Shown here piece by piece: positions 44,619-53,399 of a DNA stretch of 56,055 bases; position 1 is the stretch's first letter; each line of letters starts with the position of its first letter. The stretch lies in IMG/VR virus record IMGVR_UViG_3300030107_004870, positions 1 to 56,055 of that record. One strand, given 5' to 3'. The position numbers and the translations under genes are program-made. A model generated the notes under the pieces. It had not been told where the DNA came from, ran no database searches, and saw only the letters and a list, made by a program, of their open reading frames with translations. This DNA is from a virus (lineage: Duplodnaviria > Caudoviricetes).

Positions 44619-46636
44619 TGAAAAAATTAAGCATAGCTTTAATCTTTTTTAGTAGTTTATTAAGTTCAACTTACATTTACGAATCTAATCAAAGTTTATT
44701 TAACTTAACTAATCAAGCAAGTACCACTAATCTTAATAGTGGTGATGACCAATTATCAGCAGCGTTTAATTTAGATTTTACTTTTGATTTTTATGGCTCT
44801 GGCTATAGCTCTGCTCGTATGGCAACTAATGGCTGTTTACATTTTGGTTTAGGTACAGGTAATATTAATTACAATAACTATTGTGGTGATTACACGCCAG
44901 ACCCTTTGCCTCAATACACTAACACTTTATTTCCATTTTGGACTGACTTAATTAGAGATAATAACTCTAAAATGTTAGCTAAAAACTTTTCTGATAAAAC
45001 TGTCTTTGGTTGGTACAACATGAGAGAGTACAACCGCAGTGGTTCAGATAATAGTTTTGAAGTAGTGTTGTGGACCAATGATACTTTTGAATTTAGATAT
45101 GGTGGCTTGAATATAAACAAACACGATGTCTTGATAGGAGAACAAGGAAGTTCTTCTCAAACATATACTTATCTTTTCTATGATGAATGTAGTACCGGCA
45201 CAACAAATATTTCTAATGCATGTTCTTCGGTTGATTGGAACAATAGTATTCAAAACAATTTATTAGAAAATGGTGGTTCTTTATATGGTGTTGGTAGTGG
45301 TAATGGTACTGATTGTAGTGACCCACTGAATGACTCTAGTTGTTCTGGCTATGCAGCAGCGTATTTAAGCCAACAATGTAATATTGATGCTTTGTATAGT
45401 GAATCGTGTCCATTTTATTGGGATGCGTTTGATGACCAACAGTGTGATTTAGACCCACAATACGCACCTTTTTGTGCTGGTTATAGGTTTGAACAAGATG
45501 TAGGTTATTTTTTAGAAGAAGAAGAATTTGATTATGGTTTTGTTGATGAGCAAGAACTAATGGCTACCGGTGTTTTTGTTGAAGAAGAATACCAACCGGA
45601 AATAATTTTTTATACAGACCCTACTCGTTTAACTTTTCAAGGGTTAGAAGAACCAGAACCTTTCCAAGATATATTTTTAGAAACAGATACTTTGCCAGAA
45701 CTATATCCAGAAGAACTTATAGCACTTATAGAGTTTCAAGACCCTATAGATATATTATTAAGACCTGAAATAACTTTTGAAGTTATAGAAGAACCACCAG
45801 AAGAAGTTTTAATATTTGAATCTATAGAAGAACTAGAAGCATTTATTGAAGAAGAAACTGTACCTTTTATTGTGGAAGAACTAAGAGAAGAAATAAGACA
45901 AGAAGAAAGAATAGAAGCAGAAGAAGAACGAGTAGCTGAAACAGAAGAATTGTTTGAAGAAATATTTGAAGAAGAGTTAGAACTAGAACCAGAAGATATT
46001 ACTGAAGCTGTTGTTGGGGTTGCTACTATAAATGAAAAATCTGGTATAACTAAAACTCAACTTAATGTAGTTGCTTTAACTATGAGCGTTGCTAAAAATA
46101 GTGTCTCAGGTACAAATGCAGGTACAGATGTAAATGCTACAGGTACAAACTCTAACTCTGGTAATGTGTCTATGTCTAATCAAATACAAACTAATATGTC
46201 TTTAAATATAGACATGGGCTTAACTAATACAACATTATCTACTAATAATATAAAAACTGAGCCAACAAATAGCACTACTAATAATACAAGTACAGAAAAT
46301 AGTATAGATGTAGATAGTAATAAATCAGAAGCTGATACTATAGCTGATAATATAGTTGCTAAAAATTTAGAACAACAAGCAGAAGAAACTATGGAAGAAC
46401 GCAATTCTGGAAGTTTAGAATATGGCAATGAAGAAAAAATTATAGCTTATATAAACTTTGTTCCCGGATTTAGTAATTATTCTAAGCTTAAATTACCTAA
46501 TAAAAAAGATTGGTATGCACCAAAAAGTATTTATATTGGTAATAAATTAAACGATAATAATAATGGCTTTAATACTTTAACATTGCAAAGTATTCAAACT
46601 TTAAATAAATTGAAATTATTACAACCAAATTTATAG
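44618..46636 (+). CDS. Secreted NIDO-like domain protein with Cys repeats and Glu-rich stalk
   Basis: Signal peptide; GDD..F.FDFYG..Y..TNG, PFWTDL, FEVVL..FEFRY; C..D(P/A)L/Q Cys repeats; Glu-rich then Asn/Thr-rich region. Confidence 0.7.
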   Translation: MKKLSIALIFFSSLLSSTYIYESNQSLFNLTNQASTTNLNSGDDQLSAAFNLDFTFDFYGSGYSSARMATNGCLHFGLGTGNINYNNYCGDYTPDPLPQYTNTLFPFWTDLIRDNNSKMLAKNFSDKTVFGWYNMREYNRSGSDNSFEVVLWTNDTFEFRYGGLNINKHDVLIGEQGSSSQTYTYLFYDECSTGTTNISNACSSVDWNNSIQNNLLENGGSLYGVGSGNGTDCSDPLNDSSCSGYAAAYLSQQCNIDALYSESCPFYWDAFDDQQCDLDPQYAPFCAGYRFEQDVGYFLEEEEFDYGFVDEQELMATGVFVEEEYQPEIIFYTDPTRLTFQGLEEPEPFQDIFLETDTLPELYPEELIALIEFQDPIDILLRPEITFEVIEEPPEEVLIFESIEELEAFIEEETVPFIVEELREEIRQEERIEAEEERVAETEELFEEIFEEELELEPEDITEAVVGVATINEKSGITKTQLNVVALTMSVAKNSVSGTNAGTDVNATGTNSNSGNVSMSNQIQTNMSLNIDMGLTNTTLSTNNIKTEPTNSTTNNTSTENSIDVDSNKSEADTIADNIVAKNLEQQAEETMEERNSGSLEYGNEEKIIAYINFVPGFSNYSKLKLPNKKDWYAPKSIYIGNKLNDNNNGFNTLTLQSIQTLNKLKLLQPNL

Positions 46637-46645
46637 GAGTATATT

Positions 46646-46963
46646 ATGGATTGGATGAAAGAAAATTTAAACAAACTAATAGCTACTGTTGCTTTAGTAT
46701 CTACTATTAGTGGATTTGGCTACGCAGGAGCAGAACTAATGGGTAGATTAAAAGCTGTTGAAACAAAAGTTTCAGCTATATCTTCAACTAAAAATTCAGT
46801 AGTTGAAATGGAAAAACGCTTTGAAGGAATTGAAGTTAAAATAATTAACTTGAAAGAAGGATTAGATAAGCTCGATAATAAATCTATTATTATTGATTTA
46901 GCTAAGTTAAAAACAGAAGTTGAAGGATTAAAGAAAAAATCTGGAAATCCTTTAGTACAATGA
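46646..46963 (+). CDS. Membrane-anchored coiled-coil protein
   Basis: N-terminal TM, heptad repeats, ends NPLVQ; SD AGGAG. Confidence 0.7.
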   Translation: MDWMKENLNKLIATVALVSTISGFGYAGAELMGRLKAVETKVSAISSTKNSVVEMEKRFEGIEVKIINLKEGLDKLDNKSIIIDLAKLKTEVEGLKKKSGNPLVQ

Positions 46964-46980
46964 ACAAACGAAATAAATAA

Positions 46981-47103
46981 TTGAGAAAATCAAAATTACA
47001 AACTCCCAAGATAATAAGAAAGCCTAAAAAGACTTCGATTGGTCGAAGAAATTTATCCACTAGCACAATGAACAAACATAAGCGAAGAATTAAAGGAATA
47101 TAG
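46981..47103 (+). CDS. Small basic protein (possibly truncated)
   Basis: Manual ORF (TTG) RKSKLQTPKIIRKPKKTSIGRRNLSTSTMNKHKRRIKGI. Confidence 0.4.
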   Translation: MRKSKLQTPKIIRKPKKTSIGRRNLSTSTMNKHKRRIKGI

Positions 47104-47105
47104 TT

Positions 47106-47351
47106 TTATTTTTTAGCTATCCCTTTATGCAAGCCATGTTTTGCGTACTGTTTACCTTTTTTAGTAGCAGCTCTTTTTTTTCTATTAGCTGCTGCTAGTT
47201 TAGCTTTACCTTTTTTAGTAGATTTAAGACTTTTAAGTTTAGCTGTTGGTACATAAACCTCTCCTGTTTCAGATGATTTTTTACCGCTTGGTGTACGCCA
47301 CTTTTGTTTAGTCCATCTCTTTAAAGATTTTTGTGTTTTTTTAAGAGCCAT
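47106..47351 (-). CDS. Small basic protein
   Basis: WTKQKWRT.SGK.S..TGE motif, Lys-rich. Confidence 0.7.
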   Translation of the reverse strand: MALKKTQKSLKRWTKQKWRTPSGKKSSETGEVYVPTAKLKSLKSTKKGKAKLAAANRKKRAATKKGKQYAKHGLHKGIAKK

Positions 47352-47353
47352 AA

Positions 47354-48028
47354 TTAATCTTCGTATAGATTATCAAAAGTTATGGCTGGGTCAAGATAAC
47401 TTTCATGTTCTTCTGCTGAGTGTGTCCATTGAGAAGGTTTAAAGTCTGGAGCTCCATCGCCTGTGACCCATAAGGCAGGACTAGTCGCTCTTACTCTATT
47501 ATTTGGTAGAGCTACAAAATTGCCTTTCCATTCGCAATCTTCTGTTATGTAAAGCACATGAGACTGTTTATGTTGTGCACTATCGTCAGCAATGTCTGAG
47601 TCAGTATAATCAACAGTAAACAAATATCTACCTTTAAAAAATTCGCCATCTAGTTTGCATAGCCAAGGTGATGAGCTTACTCTATCCAAAACAACTACAC
47701 TGTGGTTTCTTGACTCGCAATCCCAAGGTTGAGCTATATGGTCTTCCATTGGTTTTGGGAAGTCATCCATTGGTATATCTGCAACTAGAGCTTGTATTGG
47801 CATTCTTGCCCACATAGCTCCGCCATGAATATTTGGCTCGTTGTTATCTTCACAATCTGACTCACAACCGGTAAAAACTACTTGAAAAGATAAAGACCTA
47901 TCTGGAATTGTATTTACTGCTATTGCTAAAGCATGTATATACTCATCATGATATTTTTCGTGATTGTGAGTAAATTCCCTGCGTACCCAACATTTAAAAT
48001 GCGGGATATTACTTATTAAGTATGCCAC
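47354..48028 (-). CDS. Conserved hypothetical phage protein
   Basis: GGAMWARMPI, QPWDC, YLFTVDY, QHKQSH, ALPNNR. Confidence 0.8.
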   Translation of the reverse strand: MAYLISNIPHFKCWVRREFTHNHEKYHDEYIHALAIAVNTIPDRSLSFQVVFTGCESDCEDNNEPNIHGGAMWARMPIQALVADIPMDDFPKPMEDHIAQPWDCESRNHSVVVLDRVSSSPWLCKLDGEFFKGRYLFTVDYTDSDIADDSAQHKQSHVLYITEDCEWKGNFVALPNNRVRATSPALWVTGDGAPDFKPSQWTHSAEEHESYLDPAITFDNLYED

Positions 48029-48053
48029 TATCTATTAAATCTTTGAGATATAT

Positions 48054-48215
48054 TTATCTTCTTTTTTTTGCTTTAGATTTTTTTTTGATGCTTCCACCTT
48101 TAGACTTCTTCATCATCATACCGCCTTTAGACTTCTTCATCATCATGCCACCCTTAGACTTCTTCATGATTTTTCCGCCTTTGGATTTTTTTATAGGTAA
48201 TCTACTTTGTTTCAT
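48054..48215 (-). CDS. Basic 53-aa protein with four KKSKGG repeats (27-bp tandem repeat)
   Basis: Manual ORF MKQSRLPIKKSKGGKIMKKSKGGMMMKKSKGGMMMKKSKGGSIKKKSKAKKRR. Confidence 0.7.
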   Translation of the reverse strand: MKQSRLPIKKSKGGKIMKKSKGGMMMKKSKGGMMMKKSKGGSIKKKSKAKKRR

Positions 48216-48217
48216 AG

Positions 48218-48376
48218 TTATCTCATTTTAGTTGTTTTAATTCTATCTTTCATTACCTTGCCTTGTCCATTAGAAACTACTGCACCACCTTTTTTCATGT
48301 AGCCCATTTTGTTTCTAACTTGTTTTGGTAGTTGAGGTAATCCTTTATTATCAGCTGGTATTTTTTTTAACGACAT
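48218..48376 (-). CDS. Small basic protein (52 aa)
   Basis: Manual ORF MSLKKIPADNKGLPQLPKQVRNKMGYMKKGGAV...; TAATG coupling. Confidence 0.7.
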   Translation of the reverse strand: MSLKKIPADNKGLPQLPKQVRNKMGYMKKGGAVVSNGQGKVMKDRIKTTKMR

Positions 48377-48681
48377 TACTTATATCCTCCGCCTTTAGCT
48401 TTGTATTGTTTGGCTAACATTTGTGCTTTGCGACCAGACCATTGACCGGGCTTGCCACCTTTACTGCCAGCTTTAATTTTATTAAATAAATTCTTACGCA
48501 TTGTAGGCTTTGTATAATTACCTGCTTCATTGACTCTGCTTTTGCTTTTTTTAGCAGAACCACCTTTTTTAAGTTTTAACGATGACAAAGCTTTAGCTTG
48601 TTGAGCGTGAGTCTTGCTTGCTTTTTTTAAGCCTTTGACTACTTTTCTAACAGTTTTTTTTGTTTTTGTTTTTGCTACCAT
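48376..48681 (-). CDS. Small basic protein
   Basis: VNEAGNYTKP..GSKGGKPGQWSGRKAQ..YKAKGGGY. Confidence 0.75.
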   Translation of the reverse strand: MVAKTKTKKTVRKVVKGLKKASKTHAQQAKALSSLKLKKGGSAKKSKSRVNEAGNYTKPTMRKNLFNKIKAGSKGGKPGQWSGRKAQMLAKQYKAKGGGYK

Positions 48682-48962
48682 TTTACTTTGTTTGCCCAAT
48701 ATGCTGCTGACATTTTACCTTTTTTGATGTTTTTTGCATGCCTTGCTTTAAAAGATTTTCTTCTAGCTGTTTGTTTTTTTGACTCGCCCATTTTAGGTTT
48801 GCCTGCGGTTTTTACACCTTGCTGTCCAAATCTAATTGTTTTTATTTTATCACCTTCTTTGGCAACTACAATATGTGATTTTTTTGGATGATTAGGAGTT
48901 CGCTTAGGTTTATTAAATCCTGATACTCCTGCTCTTTTTAATCGAGAGTCAGGTTTTTTCAT
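48675..48962 (-). CDS. Small basic protein
   Basis: IRFGQQG..RRKSFKARH..SAAYWA. Confidence 0.75.
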   Translation of the reverse strand: MKKPDSRLKRAGVSGFNKPKRTPNHPKKSHIVVAKEGDKIKTIRFGQQGVKTAGKPKMGESKKQTARRKSFKARHAKNIKKGKMSAAYWANKVKW

Positions 48963-49234
48963 TTAACCATTTTAACTAAAACAGGTTTTGGTCGCCAGCC
49001 TTTAGGAACTTTTTGTCGTATGGAAAAACCATCTTGACTGTTTCTAATGTTAATGAGCTTCTTTTCTGTTTCGGTATAGGATGTCCAGCTATTCACTTCG
49101 GTAGCTAGTCTTCCACAGCCTTTGCATCTGTCATCCCCAAACTGTCTAGTTGTGCACCAACCAACGCAAGGATTATCTGCTAGGCTTTCACATTCGCCAT
49201 TAATATTCATTTTATTATTTCGAATATGCTTCAT
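48959..49234 (-). CDS. DUF1289-like Cys-rich (Fe-S/Zn) protein
   Basis: PCVGWC..DDRCKGCGR..EV..W. Confidence 0.7.
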   Translation of the reverse strand: MKHIRNNKMNINGECESLADNPCVGWCTTRQFGDDRCKGCGRLATEVNSWTSYTETEKKLINIRNSQDGFSIRQKVPKGWRPKPVLVKMVK

Positions 49235-49266
49235 ATTTTATACTAATTTATATAGATTTACGAAAT

Positions 49267-51969
49267 TTAAGCTAATCCAGCAATTCCTTTAAATTGCTCT
49301 GGAACACTATAGCTAGATAATAAATCATCTAGTTCTGTTTTTTTAGGGTCAAATTCTGCATCACTTCTTCTGATATTTTTAGGGTCAAAAATGACTGTTT
49401 CATCGCCAACCTTTATGCCATCGTAGCCGGCTTCGATTGCTTTATTGGTTAATTTTTCTGGTCCTACGCCACCAAATCTAACAAATTGGTCTAAATGAAA
49501 AAGAGTATTTTGCATGGGAAATATAGATGATATTCCTTGTGACATTTGAGGCGTGTGTTGTGCACTAAAAATTAAACTTTCTTTTAAATCTTCTATTGCA
49601 TCTTCTTTTGTTAAAGGAAAAGGTCTTTCTGGTATGCCTCTAACAGGGCTGTCAAAAATTTCTCCTTTAATTGCTGGGTGCGGTACCCTTGCCATAAATC
49701 CTTCTGTGTCATCATAATTTTTTGCTTTTATAAACTTTACATTTTTTTCAATGTAGTCATCAATTTTATCTAAAGATGCTAAACCTTGTTTTGTTGGCTC
49801 ATCTAAAGCTCCTATTTTGTCTAGTTTAGCAGCCCAAGATTTGAATTTTTCAGTTGTATCTAACGATGTAGGTGTTAAGTCTAATAGCTTGCCTCTAGTA
49901 AAATATTCTTCAACTTTCGGTCCATAATAACTTGCTTCTCCCGGTGTTCTTGCAAAATAATGACCTCTACCAAAAAAACCTTCGTCTAAGTTAGTTCCTA
50001 TAAATCTGTCATCAAATTTTTTTAAATCTTCATAAGTTCCATGATAAACAGGCTTATCAACTCGGAAACCTAGTTTCTCTGCTCTTTCTAGTTTTGGGTT
50101 TTTTTTTATAACATCTTCTACAGTATCTGCTGCTTTAATAATTCCACCAAGTTTTTTACTTTTAACGCCTAAAGTAGCTTTTAATGTTTTTGGTTGCTTT
50201 TTAGGGTCGTTGTAAGTTTTAGCTGTGACTTTATCGTAAACCGGATGTTTTTTTCCTCTTACGCTAATTTCGCCAACTTGTTCTCCTTTGATAACTTCTC
50301 CTTTAAGTGTAGGTTTAAGTCTAGGCTCTGATTTGCTTTGATATTTTTTAAGTTCTACGCCCTCTGGAAAATCAGTTTTTAGCGTATAAATATGCTTGCC
50401 TCCTGTTTCTACAGATATTATTGGAAAGCTGCCAGCAGGATTAGGGTCATAACCTTCCGGAACTTTTGTCCACTCCCAACCTCTTTGTTTTTTAAAAAGG
50501 TTTGTTTTAATTATCTTACCATCTGCGGATGGTAATTCATCATAGGTTTGTGAAGATACTCTAAATTGTGCTTTGCCATCAGGACCAATACTAATTTGAC
50601 CTGTTGCAGGCTTAGTACCAGAAATGTCTGCACCTGTGCCAACATCAATAAAAGCTCCTTCTTTGCCTTCATCCATTAGTCTTTGTGGTTTAGGAAATAC
50701 TTGCCTGTCTAAAAATAATCCAGAAAGAGATGTCAAACCTCTTGGCTTTGTTTCTTTGCCGACAATTTGTCCATAAGTTTTGTACATGTCGTCAAGCTGT
50801 TGTTTTGCATCAACGAGCTCTGGAACATCTTGTATTTTTCTTTTGCCTTGAAAATATTCTCTCAACACATTGTCTGTATAACCACCTGTTGTAGGGTCAT
50901 AACTTTGCAAAGTAAATCTTTTATCTCCTTTGCCTAGTCCTAATTCTTCAAAAGTTCTTTTTTTTGATTGGATGGCTCTTTTTAGAATACCTTCTGGTGT
51001 ACTGCCTTTTTCAAACTGACCGAGAGCTCCTAAAAATACTTTTGGTCTACTTACTCTTTTATCGTCAAAAAAGTTTTTTGAAAGCTTTGCGTCATAGCCC
51101 ATATCTAAATCTACAGGGTTTACTCTTGGATTGTTGTAAATATACTTTTCGTTAAAAGGAACTTTATAAACAGAACTAGGAGGTATATCTGTAAGGTCTA
51201 CTAAAACTTCTCCTTCTGTTAAGCCAGCATCAACTATGTAATCTACATCTTTTCTTTGTCTTGTACGACTTGGCACTTGTTTTAGCAAAGATGGTACAAA
51301 AGCCTGTACTTTTTCTAAGGGAACATCGTATCTGTAAACAGATGCTGGTCGTTTTAAGGTTTTGCCGAAATTAGGAGAGTTGATGCCTGCTGCCATTAGT
51401 TTCATGTCTTGACCAATAGCCATAACAGGGTCTAATCTTAAAGAAGTAGACCTTATGCCTTTTTCTGGAACAAATTCTTTGTCCTCTGCAATGTTTAAAA
51501 CTCGATATAAAGATAAAGTGCCATCAGGATTAATTTCATTTTTTAATTCATCTAAAGATAATTGCCTTAGCTCAGGTCTGTTTTCTACTATTTCATCTAT
51601 ACCTGTAAATCTAGCAAACTCATCTCCTCCTTTTTTTCCACCGATGCCTTTGATATGTGCAAAAAGTTTTTCTGAGTCTTCTTTTGTTAATTTTTTTACT
51701 TCCTTTACTGCTTCTGCTGCTTTTACCAAGCCACCAAATTTCATTTCTGGCACTTCTGCATTTGTTTTGGTTGTTTTTTCATCCATATCCATCAAGATAC
51801 CTGCTGCCAAAGGCACAGGAATAGCAAATCTTTCTGCAATAGAGATAATTCTAGGGTCTAAAATCACATAATTGTTTTTTTCTCCATCTGTGTATCTAAT
51901 TCCTTTTTGGTCTTTGACAAGACCACCAACTTTATATTGCGGAATAGAAAAAATATCGACATCAGACAT
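49267..51969 (-). CDS. Polyvalent protein with two ADP-ribosyltransferase-like domains
   Basis: R-S-E ART pattern LYR..STS..EGEV; ART-PolyVal pattern YHGT..GRGHYF..GYDGI..ETVIFDP..I; N-terminal ART remnant GIRY.DG..NYVILD. Confidence 0.75.
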   Translation of the reverse strand: MSDVDIFSIPQYKVGGLVKDQKGIRYTDGEKNNYVILDPRIISIAERFAIPVPLAAGILMDMDEKTTKTNAEVPEMKFGGLVKAAEAVKEVKKLTKEDSEKLFAHIKGIGGKKGGDEFARFTGIDEIVENRPELRQLSLDELKNEINPDGTLSLYRVLNIAEDKEFVPEKGIRSTSLRLDPVMAIGQDMKLMAAGINSPNFGKTLKRPASVYRYDVPLEKVQAFVPSLLKQVPSRTRQRKDVDYIVDAGLTEGEVLVDLTDIPPSSVYKVPFNEKYIYNNPRVNPVDLDMGYDAKLSKNFFDDKRVSRPKVFLGALGQFEKGSTPEGILKRAIQSKKRTFEELGLGKGDKRFTLQSYDPTTGGYTDNVLREYFQGKRKIQDVPELVDAKQQLDDMYKTYGQIVGKETKPRGLTSLSGLFLDRQVFPKPQRLMDEGKEGAFIDVGTGADISGTKPATGQISIGPDGKAQFRVSSQTYDELPSADGKIIKTNLFKKQRGWEWTKVPEGYDPNPAGSFPIISVETGGKHIYTLKTDFPEGVELKKYQSKSEPRLKPTLKGEVIKGEQVGEISVRGKKHPVYDKVTAKTYNDPKKQPKTLKATLGVKSKKLGGIIKAADTVEDVIKKNPKLERAEKLGFRVDKPVYHGTYEDLKKFDDRFIGTNLDEGFFGRGHYFARTPGEASYYGPKVEEYFTRGKLLDLTPTSLDTTEKFKSWAAKLDKIGALDEPTKQGLASLDKIDDYIEKNVKFIKAKNYDDTEGFMARVPHPAIKGEIFDSPVRGIPERPFPLTKEDAIEDLKESLIFSAQHTPQMSQGISSIFPMQNTLFHLDQFVRFGGVGPEKLTNKAIEAGYDGIKVGDETVIFDPKNIRRSDAEFDPKKTELDDLLSSYSVPEQFKGIAGLA

Positions 51970-51988
51970 GACGACAATTTTATATCTT

Positions 51989-52477
51989 TTAAGGATTGTT
52001 TAAAACTATATTTTTACACCACCAAAGCAACATATCAGCAGACATAGTGTGCTTCATAATATTTACTCTATGGCAAACCAACTGTATGTTTTCTTTGTTA
52101 TAACCAAAATCCGGATTAATTCTATCAAGTGAAGCATTAAATTCTTTTTTACCAGAACCATCTTTAGCAGTGGTCATTAAAATTCCGGAAATAGCACACT
52201 TACCATTTTGCTCATCCCACAGAGCCAACAAATCTTCTTTTTCTATTTCCCAAGGCAGCTCCGGATTATCTTTTTTTCTCGAATACTTTAGCTGCGAAAA
52301 AATTAACTTTAAATACTTCGCTGGCTCACTAGCACGACTTTTGTTTCTGGACATTGCTCGACATTGACGACATTTGCGACTGCGAGAAATCTTGCCTGCT
52401 TTATTAATGTTAGTCTCAAAAAAGTTAAGTGGTTTTTCTTTGCGGCAAGAAGCACAAACTCTGGAAGGTTGTAGCAT
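51989..52477 (-). CDS. Zn-binding HNH-like endonuclease
   Basis: CxxC..CxxC, QNGKCAISG, SLDRI..GY...NIQLVC..VN. Confidence 0.75.
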   Translation of the reverse strand: MLQPSRVCASCRKEKPLNFFETNINKAGKISRSRKCRQCRAMSRNKSRASEPAKYLKLIFSQLKYSRKKDNPELPWEIEKEDLLALWDEQNGKCAISGILMTTAKDGSGKKEFNASLDRINPDFGYNKENIQLVCHRVNIMKHTMSADMLLWWCKNIVLNNP

Positions 52478-52517
52478 GCAAAACATTATAAAGAAAAAAT
52501 TATAAAAAAAAACAATA

Positions 52518-52593
52518 TATACATTTTTGTAAAAGTGTGGTAAAATGTACAAATGGCAAAAATTTAACAAAATTTAAGGAGGTCAAAAAAATG
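52518..52593 (+). promoter_or_regulatory. Early promoter with leaderless uORF
   Basis: TATACA-17-TAAAAT with extended TG; ATG 6 nt later (52553-52567, MAKI*); SD AGGAGG before 52591. Confidence 0.65.
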
Positions 52594-52830
52594 ATACAAA
52601 CATTTTATTTTTACCATGACGACATAAAAACCGGATTACGTGGCGAAGGCTGTGGCTACCGAAAATGTTATGTCAAGAGTATAGGACCCAAGTGGGTCAG
52701 ACTAAAATTTTCTAAGCATGGCAACTTTAGAAAGATTGCCCGCAGAAAATGGGATGCGATAAAGCAACAAAAAGTCTTCATGACTTGGGATGAACATGTC
52801 CAAAAGGTAAAGGAGGCTGCTAATGGCTAG
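52591..52830 (+). CDS. Hypothetical protein
   Basis: SD AGGAGG; LRGEGCGYR. Confidence 0.7.
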   Translation: MIQTFYFYHDDIKTGLRGEGCGYRKCYVKSIGPKWVRLKFSKHGNFRKIARRKWDAIKQQKVFMTWDEHVQKVKEAANG

Positions 52831-53320
52831 AGATAAACAAAAAAGCAAAGTCTATAAGTGGGAAAGAACTTTCTATAAATGGGATAGACTGTTTAGAAAA
52901 AATTGTATTGTCAAACAGCACAAGCGTTTAAATAAAAAGTTTTTTCGTTCTTATGGTAGAGGAGTCACTCTGAACATAACCAATGGTTATTATGGGTGTC
53001 ATGCTGTGCCCTCAGAAAGAGTCATAACATTAAGAAATCAACATGGTTTGAACTATGCAATTTTACTTCATGAGTGGTCTCACATACTAGCTTACGAATA
53101 CTATGATAAAAACCATAGTCTAGAATGTCATGGTCCTGAGTTCGTTTCGATTTATATGAATTTATTAAATACATACCTAGGTATAGATATGAAAGAACTG
53201 ACTCGAAAAGCCAGAGAAATGAATATTGACTTTATTAGCCCGGCAAAAACCAAATCCAAATTGAAGTTAAATAAAAACAATAATACTTTTAGCCCTATTG
53301 ATAGAGATTTGTTAAAATAG
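52823..53320 (+). CDS. Zincin-like metallopeptidase (SprT-like)
   Basis: LLHEWSH plus HGPEF. Confidence 0.75.
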   Translation: MARDKQKSKVYKWERTFYKWDRLFRKNCIVKQHKRLNKKFFRSYGRGVTLNITNGYYGCHAVPSERVITLRNQHGLNYAILLHEWSHILAYEYYDKNHSLECHGPEFVSIYMNLLNTYLGIDMKELTRKAREMNIDFISPAKTKSKLKLNKNNNTFSPIDRDLLK

Positions 53321-53335
53321 GCACATAAGTATTAT

Positions 53336-53372
53336 GGCTCCACAAGGTTTCTCCGATTTGCCTTGTGGAGTT
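53336..53372 (+). terminator. Stem-loop after peptidase gene
   Basis: GGCTCCACAAGG/CCTTGTGGAGTT 12-bp stem; no strong T-run. Confidence 0.5.
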
Positions 53373-53399
53373 CAATTCAAATATCATCAAATTTTTTTA

